DNA of 59,587 nucleotides, from assembly GCA_934091015.1 (NCBI GenBank), contig CAKOKM010000001.1, positions 1 through 59,587 on the forward strand, in the 5' to 3' direction. Source of the DNA: an uncultured Bacilli bacterium. Its GTDB lineage: Bacteria > Bacillota_I > Bacilli_A > RF39 > UBA660. Positions 17,944 to 25,414 of the stretch are shown here, piece by piece. The notes beneath the pieces were generated by a model. That model made no database searches. It was not told where the DNA came from and worked only from the letters and a program-made list of their open reading frames with translations. The position numbers and the translations under genes were made by a program. Numbering within the stretch: position 1 is the first letter of the stretch; every line of letters starts with the position of its first letter.

Positions 17944-18143
17944 TGCTCTTTTTGTGTTACAATGTGTTTATAGAGTGAACTTATAATATGAGTATATAAC
18001 ATATATTTAGGCGACATTTTAGGCGACAAAAAGTTTAAAAAATAGTAAAAATATATAAAATTAGGCGACATATCAAGTTGATAAAACCCTTTATTTACTT
18101 GACTTATAACATTCAGAGTTGTTCTATTAAATCGCCCCCTGAA
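17920..18143 (+). repeat. 224-bp direct repeat, copy 1 (integrase 3' end, P arm, core)
   Basis: Nearly identical to 19371-19582, apart from one extra 12-bp TTAGGCGACATT unit and scattered substitutions. Confidence 0.85.
18007..18070 (+). repeat. Arm-type repeats TTAGGCGACA x3, right arm of element 1
   Basis: Copies at 18007-18016, 18019-18028 and 18061-18070, directly downstream of int. Confidence 0.7.
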
Positions 18144-18171
18144 ATTCCCCTCGAGAGAGGGGAATACTTTT
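18144..18171 (+). terminator. Intrinsic terminator following core copy B
   Basis: ATTCCCCTC-GAGA-GAGGGGAAT stem-loop, then ACTTTTG. Confidence 0.65.
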
Positions 18172-18206
18172 GTTTATAAGGGATTTTTAACTATTTTGGA
18201 TTTATC

Positions 18207-18247
18207 TAGATACCATACTAGATATTAAATATTATATTTAGATACCA
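18207..18247 (+). repeat. TAGATACCA direct repeats (candidate arm sites of a lost element)
   Basis: Copies at 18207-18215 and 18239-18247. The second is part of the palindrome TACCAATAATATGGTA. Confidence 0.4.
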
Positions 18248-18353
18248 ATAATATGGTATTTTTTTGATAAACTTATATTTTAATATTGTAAAGTGGACAA
18301 TTTTTTTGAAAAATGATAGAATTAAAGTATAATTAATAGTAAAAAATGAAGAA

Positions 18354-18653
18354 ATGCTTTTCTACTTTTGTAAAGATAAATATGCAAATAAATACAGTAA
18401 AGATTTAAAAGACTTAATTGAACAATATAAAGAATCAGAAACTGATTTATTACAATTTGATTTTAATAAAATAGAAAAAGCAAGAGAAGTAGGATTTATA
18501 ATTTTTGATGTAGCAGAACATTTAAAATTACTTAAAGATAATAAAAATAAATACACTTTAGAACAAGCAGTAGAAGAATTAAATAAAGCACAAGAATTAC
18601 TTAATCCAATTATGGATAAGTATGATTATAAAAAGTTACCAAAAAGAAATTAA
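18354..18653 (+). CDS. Hypothetical protein
   Basis: 99-aa ORF, Lys/Glu-rich helical. No clear RBS. Confidence 0.35.
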   Translation: MLFYFCKDKYANKYSKDLKDLIEQYKESETDLLQFDFNKIEKAREVGFIIFDVAEHLKLLKDNKNKYTLEQAVEELNKAQELLNPIMDKYDYKKLPKRN

Positions 18654-18726
18654 GTTGTCAGAAGGTAGGATTAATAATAAGTAAAATTTTTAATGTTTAT
18701 AATATTAAATTGAAGTAGGTGAATTT

Positions 18727-19359
18727 ATGAATAAAGTATTTTTATATTTATATCCAATTGAAGAGTACACTAAAGCGTTCGATTTAGGAAATGAATATTA
18801 TGATGAAATTGGTGTTAGAAGACCTTTAGATGTCTTAAATCAAGCAATTCAAAAAAGATATAGAGATAATGGATATCAAATTGTATATGTAATTTATCCA
18901 GATAAAAAGATTTATGGTATTTTACCACAGTCAAATGATAAAATAGTATATACTGACATTACTTTTGACCAAGCAAGTGGATATAATCAAGATGGAAGTG
19001 AAAAATCATTAGATGATGTTGTATATCCAAACGAACAATATATTTTAGAACAATTAGGAAATGTAGATGAGTTAGTAATTAGTGGATATCATTTTCAAGA
19101 TTGTTGTAAACGAGTTGGAGAAGTAGCATTAGCAAATGGTGTAAACACAATAATAGATTTAGATATGACAGATTTATTTTTTAATTTATATAGACAAGAA
19201 GAATATTTTAATATAGATTCATATGATCCAGCTAGATTTAAAGAATATATGATAAATAAAATGAGTAGATATGGAGATGAATTTTCTGAAAGATTGTTTA
19301 ATAGAAAGTATCAAAGTGAAGCATATGGTTTTGGGAAATTTAATAAAAAACAAAAATAG
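18727..19359 (+). CDS. Isochorismatase/cysteine-hydrolase-like protein
   Basis: 210 aa. ELVISGYHFQDCCKRVGEVALANGVNTIIDLDMT parallels the lxixGxxxxxCVxxTaxdAxxxGyxvxvvxDa block (catalytic Cys) of isochorismatase/nicotinamidase-family hydrolases. Confidence 0.4.
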   Translation: MNKVFLYLYPIEEYTKAFDLGNEYYDEIGVRRPLDVLNQAIQKRYRDNGYQIVYVIYPDKKIYGILPQSNDKIVYTDITFDQASGYNQDGSEKSLDDVVYPNEQYILEQLGNVDELVISGYHFQDCCKRVGEVALANGVNTIIDLDMTDLFFNLYRQEEYFNIDSYDPARFKEYMINKMSRYGDEFSERLFNRKYQSEAYGFGKFNKKQK

Positions 19360-19370
19360 AATATTTATAG

Positions 19371-19582
19371 ATAAACTAACTTAATGAGCAGTAATGCTCT
19401 TTTTGTGTTATAAAGTATTTATAGAGCAAACTTATAATATGAGTATATAACATATATTTAGGCGACAAAAAGTTTAAAAATAGTAAAAATATATAAAATT
19501 AGGCGACATATCAAGTTGATAAATCCCTTTATTTACTTGACTTATAACATTCAGAGGCGTTCTATTAAATCGCCCCCTGAAG
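19371..19582 (+). repeat. 212-bp direct repeat, copy 2 (integrase stub, P arm, core copy C)
   Basis: Begins ATAAACTAACTTAATGAGCAGTAATGCTC, which is the last codons and stop of an int gene. TTAGGCGACA at 19458-19467 and 19499-19508. Core at 19573-19582. Confidence 0.85.
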
Positions 19583-19605
19583 AGACGCTACGGCGTCTCA
19601 TTTTG
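19582..19605 (+). terminator. Intrinsic terminator following core copy C
   Basis: GAGACGC-TACG-GCGTCTC, then ATTTTG. Confidence 0.65.
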
Positions 19606-19641
19606 TTTGTTTATAAGGCCTCAAGGTCTTTTTATTTAGCT

Positions 19642-19660
19642 TTAGGTGGTAATTAGGTGG
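19642..19660 (+). repeat. TTAGGTGG direct repeats (candidate arm sites of element 3)
   Basis: Copies at 19642-19649 and 19653-19660, in the same position relative to the core as the TTAGGCGACA repeats at junction A. Confidence 0.45.
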
Positions 19661-19755
19661 CAAATTTAAAATATTGTATAACTAATTATATGAAACAAGA
19701 AATTAGTGATATAATATAAATTGTTTGAAATATTACTTTGGAAAGGAATAAAAAA

Positions 19756-20424
19756 ATGGAAGAAAAAGATAAAGAATTTGAAATTTCAATAGATACTGAA
19801 GTTGGAACCGGTTCATTGAAGCTTAAAAATTTTAAAAATAGGGTTGTTGCCTCTATCGGTGATATTATAGTTGATCAATTATCTTATTTTAGATGGAGCA
19901 ATACTTTAAAGTTTCTAGATAAATATAATAGAAAAAGAGCAAGAAGAAAATTAGAAGGAAAAGATACGCCATTACCTCCTAAATTTATTTTAGAAGTATT
20001 AGAAAATGCTATACAAGAAGACAATGAACAAATTCAAGAACAATGGTGTAATATGCTAATTAATTGGCAAGACATTGAAAAAAATTGTGATCCTAAATAT
20101 ATGTATATTGATATTTTAAAAAATTTAAATATTAATGAAATTAGATTATTGAAAAAAATAAGTGTTGATCCTAATTTAGAAGAAACACGTACAAATAAAA
20201 ATATGTATTATGACAGAAATATTATTCAAAACGCATTACACATTAATGATGAAGAATATGAACTTATGGTTTTAAATCTGTTTAGATTAAAAGTTTGTGA
20301 TAGCTTAAAGTCTTCGGGTAATGCAATATCAGTTGGGGATCTTCCTGTTTTAGCTGATGCTGGAATAGATAAAATTATAATTACGTCTATTGGATATAAT
20401 TTGATAAAATTAATAGATGAGTAA
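19756..20424 (+). CDS. Abi-alpha (DUF4393)-like protein
   Basis: PLPPKFILEVLENAIQEDNEQIQEQWCNMLINWQD matches the hallmark P..l...il..a..e.de.l.e.Wa.LL block of Abi-alpha proteins. ATG 19756 follows GAAAGGA; the ORF-track TTG 19738 is unlikely. Confidence 0.5.
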   Translation: MEEKDKEFEISIDTEVGTGSLKLKNFKNRVVASIGDIIVDQLSYFRWSNTLKFLDKYNRKRARRKLEGKDTPLPPKFILEVLENAIQEDNEQIQEQWCNMLINWQDIEKNCDPKYMYIDILKNLNINEIRLLKKISVDPNLEETRTNKNMYYDRNIIQNALHINDEEYELMVLNLFRLKVCDSLKSSGNAISVGDLPVLADAGIDKIIITSIGYNLIKLIDE

Positions 20425-20493
20425 ATGATTAGATAAAGAGGACTTAACTATAAATATAGCTTATAGAAAGCTTAAGAAGTAAGGGGATTATAA

Positions 20494-20694
20494 ATGAAAA
20501 AATTTATGTTTGAAATAATAACATCATCATTATCCTTATTTGAAAATCTTATTTATAATTACGTAGCAATGACTATTATAGGTTATATTGCATATAAAAT
20601 AACTTTTAGCGTTATTGGCGAATTGGGTTTTAGAGGTGAAATCGGTTCAATAAGTCAATGGATAATAAGAATTTTTGTGTTTATATTTGTATGA
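20494..20694 (+). CDS. Small hydrophobic protein; the frame stays open past the TGA to 20848
   Basis: 66 aa with two hydrophobic helices and a GGGGA RBS. After TGA 20692-20694 the same frame runs 51 more codons of TM-like sequence. Confidence 0.4.
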   Translation: MKKFMFEIITSSLSLFENLIYNYVAMTIIGYIAYKITFSVIGELGFRGEIGSISQWIIRIFVFIFV

Positions 20695-20923
20695 ACTATA
20701 TGTTGCATATTAATTACTTTGATGATATTTATTATTGAAAATTTGAAAATTATTATAATTAGTACTATGTTATTGTTTACAATATACATTTTGAAAATAT
20801 ATGCTAATAAAAATCTTACTTACATATTAAATAAAAAAATACTTTAAGATTTGAAATGTAAAAATAAAAATTAGATATTAATTATTATATGATTTAGTCG
20901 ATTATATTATTTGAGGTGAAAAT

Positions 20924-21619
20924 ATGAATGAATGGGAATTAGCAAGATATCTAATAGATTCAAAAAAGTGTATTGATAGTTTAATATATATAGAAAACAA
21001 TTTCGAACTATTAAGCAATTTAGATTTAAAATCTATAATAGATTCTAAATTGAGACTATATTATATAGATTTATGCATAATATTTGATTATAGTTTCAAT
21101 AAACCAGAATTAAAAAAATTAAAATCAGATGATAAAATAGTCAATAAAATATATTATGAAAGAGATAAAAATAATGCTCATAAAGATATAGATTATAAAA
21201 AGAATAATCAAAAATTTGATGTATTAATATCTGAATTAAAAAATGAATTACTGCATTGCTTTGAAGTATGTCGAAATAGTTTGCCCAAAGAAATCACTTT
21301 AGATTATGTAGCATATGATAGAAATCTTTTTAGATTTGTAAATATGATTACACCAGAAATAGAAAATAAATTAAATGAATTATTATATAATCAAAAAAAA
21401 TCAAATAATAATTATTCAAAAGATTTTAAAGTGTTTAATGATACAGAAGATATTAGATCAATCACTGGTTTAAATGATTATGCAGTACTACTTGATAATG
21501 GAATAAATTTAAAAGAATGCTTGCAAAATAGGCAAGATGCATGTATCAAAATAAATGTGTTATTTAAGCAAAATATATGGGGTGACATTAAAAGCCTCAA
21601 AGAAATCACTTCAAGATAA
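20924..21619 (+). CDS. Hypothetical protein with a possible HEPN-like R-x5-H motif
   Basis: 231 aa. ERDKNNAHKD at residues 79-88 fits an Rx4-6H motif. Neighbours an Abi-alpha-like gene. Weak inference. Confidence 0.3.
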   Translation: MNEWELARYLIDSKKCIDSLIYIENNFELLSNLDLKSIIDSKLRLYYIDLCIIFDYSFNKPELKKLKSDDKIVNKIYYERDKNNAHKDIDYKKNNQKFDVLISELKNELLHCFEVCRNSLPKEITLDYVAYDRNLFRFVNMITPEIENKLNELLYNQKKSNNNYSKDFKVFNDTEDIRSITGLNDYAVLLDNGINLKECLQNRQDACIKINVLFKQNIWGDIKSLKEITSR

Positions 21620-21780
21620 TGAAAATATATTCATTAAATTTTTAAATGAAATAAAAAAATAGATATAGTTGATATATCTATTTTTAGTGAATATCTCTTG
21701 TAACATCATATTTATTTTTTATAAATAATTTGTTTAATAACATTATCTAAATATTCGCATAATTCATTTAAAAATAAAAA

Positions 21781-21978
21781 AGTGCTGACTTTGTTTTCAA
21801 AACAGGATATAATATATTAGTGCTGACTTTTATAAAAGAATAGTATATAATATATTTTATAGTTAATTACAATTCAGGATAAACTAATGTATAATTTTAA
21901 CAAAAGTGCTGACTTTGATCTTAAAACACGGTATAATATTATTGTAGTGCTGATTTTTATTCGTAAAAATGATAAACT
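21781..21978 (+). promoter_or_regulatory. Four tandem promoter-like units AGTGCTGA(C/T)TTT-N14-TATAAT
   Basis: Units start at 21781, 21819, 21905 and 21946. Each has CTGACT/CTGATT, an exact 17-nt spacer, then TATAAT (21808, 21846, 21932) or TAAACT (21973). Lies upstream of the methyltransferase genes. Confidence 0.55.
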
Positions 21979-21995
21979 ATAAAGGGAGGTTAATT

Positions 21996-23057
21996 ATGAC
22001 AAAATATAAAGTTCTAGATTTATTTTGTGGGGCGGGAGGACTTAGCTTAGGATTTAAATTAGCAGGTTTTCAAATTGTAGGTGGAATTGACTTCCAACGA
22101 GATGCAATTTATACACATGAAAAAAATTTTAAAAATAGTATTTCCATATGTGGAGATATTAAAGAAATATCAGATGATAAGGTTAAAGAGTTGTATGAAA
22201 ATAAGGTTGATATAATTATAGGTGGACCACCATGTCAAGGTTTCTCGGCAGGAAACAGACAACAAATTGAAAATGACCCAAGAAATAAATTGTTTTTCGA
22301 ATTCATTAGATTTGTTAGAATTTTACAACCAAAGGCAGTTGTGATAGAAAATGTAAGACAAATATTAACGAAAGATAAAGGATTTGCTAAAACTAAAATA
22401 TTTGAAATTTTAGAAGAACTTGGATATAACGTTGATGTTAGAGTTTTAAAAGCGAATGATTATGGGGTTCCTCAAAACAGGAATAGAGCAATTTTTATTG
22501 GCTTAAAAAAAGAATATGGTAAAATTGATTATGATAAGATTAAAAAAATATCAATTCCAGTAACAGTAAAAGAAGCAATCGGAGAATTATATGAATTGGA
22601 AAATAAAAATACAAATATTATAACAATCAAACCACTAACAAAATTTCAAAAATATGTTAGATCAAAAGATAATATGATATTTAACCACGATATAAAATAT
22701 CCTAATCAAGAAGTACAAGATAGAATGAATTTTGTTCCACAAGGTGGAAATTGGCAAAATGTACCAGAAAATATGTGGAAAACAAAAAGAAACAATAGAC
22801 ATTCTTCTGCATATAGAAGATTGGATGAAAATAAGCCATCAATAACAATAGATACTGGCCATATGAATTATTTTCATCCATTATATAATAGAGTTCCTAC
22901 GGTTAGGGAGTCAGCAAGATTACAATCTTTTCCAGATGATTTTATTTTCGTCGGTACACCTACAAGTCAATTAAGGCAAGTAGGAAATGCAGTGCCACCA
23001 TTGATGGCAAAAGCAGTTGCAGAATTAATTAAGGAGACTTTAGCAAATGAAAAATAG
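21996..23057 (+). CDS. dcm: DNA (cytosine-5)-methyltransferase 1
   Basis: Motif I DLFCGAGG, motif IV GGPPCQGFS, ENV, QNRNR, TVRESARLQSFPDDF and GNAVPP. AGGGAGG RBS before ATG 21996. Confidence 0.92.
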   Translation: MTKYKVLDLFCGAGGLSLGFKLAGFQIVGGIDFQRDAIYTHEKNFKNSISICGDIKEISDDKVKELYENKVDIIIGGPPCQGFSAGNRQQIENDPRNKLFFEFIRFVRILQPKAVVIENVRQILTKDKGFAKTKIFEILEELGYNVDVRVLKANDYGVPQNRNRAIFIGLKKEYGKIDYDKIKKISIPVTVKEAIGELYELENKNTNIITIKPLTKFQKYVRSKDNMIFNHDIKYPNQEVQDRMNFVPQGGNWQNVPENMWKTKRNNRHSSAYRRLDENKPSITIDTGHMNYFHPLYNRVPTVRESARLQSFPDDFIFVGTPTSQLRQVGNAVPPLMAKAVAELIKETLANEK

Positions 23058-24117
23058 AAAAAATGTGATAGATTTGTTCTGTGGGTGTGGCGGATTTTCT
23101 AAAGGGTTTGAAGACGCCGGTTTTGAAGTTAAATTAGCTATAGATATGTGGAATGATGCTATTGAAACATTTAATGTAAATCATCATGTTCCAGTTGGGA
23201 TAACAAAAAACATTTATGATTATACTAATGAAGAAATAAAGGAATTTGCAAAGAAAAATCGCATTACAGGAATTATAGGTGGACCACCATGTCAAGGATT
23301 TAGTATGGTTGGTAAAAGAGAGGCTAGCGATAAAAGGAATACGTTATATTTACAATATGTAAGATTTGTAGAACAAATAAGGCCAGAATTTTTTATTCTT
23401 GAAAATGTTAAGGGGTTATTGACTTTACAAAAAGGATATTTTAAGAAAGAGATAATAGAAAGATTTTCTGAACTTGGATATAATGTCACATATAAAGTGT
23501 TACGTGCATGTGATTATGGTGTTCCCCAAAAAAGAGAAAGAGTATTTTTTGTAGGGCTTAGGAAAGATAAATTTGGAGATAAATTTTTTGAATATCCTCA
23601 ACCAGTTAATCATATAGTTGGAACTGAAGAAGCGTTAAGTGATTTACCTTCTCTTGATAATGGTGAATTAGAAACTGAATATAAGACTAAACCACAGAAT
23701 GAATTCCAAAAATTAATGAGAAAAAATTCAAAATATATAAACAATAACGAAATAACAGTACATTCGAAACAAACAAAGAAAATTATTTCAATGATTCCAG
23801 ATGGTGGTAATATTAAATCATTACCATCAGAATATTTTAAAATTAGAAACTATAGCTCTGCTTTTAAAAGAATGAATAGTAAAGAACCATCAACAACAAT
23901 AGATTGTGGCCACAGAAATTATTTTCATTATAAAGAAAATAGAATCCCTACCGTTAGAGAATCTGCAAGAATTCAATCTTTTTCAGATAATTTTATATTC
24001 CTTGGATCTAAAACTAGTCAATATACTCAGGTTGGTAATGCAGTGCCACCACTTTTAGCAGAAGCAGTGGCTAATGCTTTAAAAAAAATGTATAAAGAAA
24101 TTGATAAAAACGACTAA
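23047..24117 (+). CDS. dcm: DNA (cytosine-5)-methyltransferase 2
   Basis: DLFCGCGG, GGPPCQGFS, ENV, QKRER, TVRESARIQSFSDNF and GNAVPP. Overlaps the first methyltransferase gene by 11 nt. Confidence 0.92.
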   Translation: MKNRKNVIDLFCGCGGFSKGFEDAGFEVKLAIDMWNDAIETFNVNHHVPVGITKNIYDYTNEEIKEFAKKNRITGIIGGPPCQGFSMVGKREASDKRNTLYLQYVRFVEQIRPEFFILENVKGLLTLQKGYFKKEIIERFSELGYNVTYKVLRACDYGVPQKRERVFFVGLRKDKFGDKFFEYPQPVNHIVGTEEALSDLPSLDNGELETEYKTKPQNEFQKLMRKNSKYINNNEITVHSKQTKKIISMIPDGGNIKSLPSEYFKIRNYSSAFKRMNSKEPSTTIDCGHRNYFHYKENRIPTVRESARIQSFSDNFIFLGSKTSQYTQVGNAVPPLLAEAVANALKKMYKEIDKND

Positions 24118-24189
24118 AAATGGTTGTTTTTTTAATATATTAATAAATCTTATTAAAAATATGTTACAATGTAATTGGTGGTTGTAGTT

Positions 24190-25251
24190 ATGTTTAGTTA
24201 TGAGAATTTGTATAATAAAGTGTTTGATACAACAATAGATTCGGATAAACTTGTTATTATAAGTGGTTATGTTGGACCTGCAGTTGTTCAAGACTTAAAA
24301 AAATTACCATATGATGTAGAGTTATATGTTGGAATGTATGGTAATGTAATTAGTGGAATATTACATAAGAGTTTATTAAAATCAGATAAAATGGAAAATG
24401 TTTCTATATTTTATACTAATATATTGGTTCATGCAAAATGCTACATTTGGTTTAAAAATAATAAAATAGTTAAGGCTTTGATTGGATCGGCAAACTTTTC
24501 AACAAGTGGTTTAATGACTCCTAAAAAGGAAGTATTAGGATATATTCCTGAAGAATCATATGATGAAATGTTAGTATATATTAATCTAATTAAACAGGTT
24601 TCATATTCAGTAAAAGAATATAATTATGAAGAAAAAAATATCATCGGTTTTACTGATGATATGACTCAAACTATAAGTGATAAAGAGGTTGAAATTTCTT
24701 TATTAGCGGCTAGAGGTAGTGGAAATCAAAACAATATTATAGGTATTGCTACCAATCCGGGTGATGTACATGCAGGAGCTGGTTTAAACTGGGGATTTTC
24801 TAATGGTATGCCAAAACCAAATGATGCATATATTAAAATTCCAAAAGAACAAATTATTAATAATCCTTTAATGTTTCCGCCTAAAAGTAATGATATAAAT
24901 GATCCCATTGATGTAATTTGGGATGACGGCACAGAAATGCAAATGCTTTTGGAAGGTAATCAAACTGTAGAGGGTATTGATTACCCTAAACAAATTAGTA
25001 CATATAAGAGTAAAAAAGAATTAGGATTATATTTAAGAAAACGAATAGGAGATGCGATAGGAAAAAACTTAATCATTCCAGAAGAATTGTCAAAAGATGA
25101 GTTCGTCGCTAAAGCACATTATTATAAAGATAAATTTATAACAAAAGAAATGTTAGACTTATATGGCAGAACATCAATTAATATCAAGTTAATTGGCGAT
25201 CGAACTTATTATTTTGATTTTTCAAGAAATAATTCAGAAAAAGAACAATAA
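24190..25251 (+). CDS. PLD-family (HKD) restriction endonuclease, NgoFVII/BfiI-like
   Basis: Single HKD motif VHAKCYIWFKNNKIVKALIGSANFS (H-x-K...GSxN) in the N-terminal half, and a distinct C-terminal half. Immediately downstream of the two methyltransferase genes. Confidence 0.7.
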   Translation: MFSYENLYNKVFDTTIDSDKLVIISGYVGPAVVQDLKKLPYDVELYVGMYGNVISGILHKSLLKSDKMENVSIFYTNILVHAKCYIWFKNNKIVKALIGSANFSTSGLMTPKKEVLGYIPEESYDEMLVYINLIKQVSYSVKEYNYEEKNIIGFTDDMTQTISDKEVEISLLAARGSGNQNNIIGIATNPGDVHAGAGLNWGFSNGMPKPNDAYIKIPKEQIINNPLMFPPKSNDINDPIDVIWDDGTEMQMLLEGNQTVEGIDYPKQISTYKSKKELGLYLRKRIGDAIGKNLIIPEELSKDEFVAKAHYYKDKFITKEMLDLYGRTSINIKLIGDRTYYFDFSRNNSEKEQ

Positions 25252-25414
25252 ACTTGTTCATTTTAATTTATTAATGTAGTAATAAAGAACATACTTGTGC
25301 CTCTTATTTTACATAATCATATTTTTAATTGTTAAAAATGCTTATAATTAACAAGTTATTAAGCATTTTTTCTTTTTATGTGCTATAATATATCTTACTT
25401 TGAGGGGGAAAACT

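Larger units (their letters stand above)
2763..18143 (+). mobile_element. Integrative element 1 (~15.4 kb, no virion genes); IME or satellite-like
   Basis: Flanked by the CCCCCTGAA core at both ends with matching TTAGGCGACA arm repeats inside both ends. Tyrosine integrase and Xis-like gene at the right end. Carries repressor-type XRE genes and replication/recombination genes. No capsid, terminase or tail genes recognisable. Confidence 0.7.
18144..19582 (+). mobile_element. Decayed, chimeric integrative-element remnant
   Basis: The left side has its own repeats (TAGATACCA). The right side is a copy of the element-1 P arm, including only the last ~24 nt of an integrase gene (19371-19394). No recombinase present. 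Confidence 0.55.

Noticed and set aside
2763-18143. Element 1 as a complete temperate prophage.
   Set aside because: No terminase, portal, capsid, tail or lysis genes are recognisable in its 15.4 kb. The gene content (PcfK/PcfJ-like, DnaB-like, RecA-like, DUF3173-type Xis-like) fits an IME or satellite-type element better.
18354-18653. Toxin-antitoxin pairing of the two small genes in the remnant (18354-19359).
   Set aside because: There is a 73-nt gap and no overlap or shared operator. The second protein looks like a metabolic hydrolase fold, and nothing in the sequence supports TA function.
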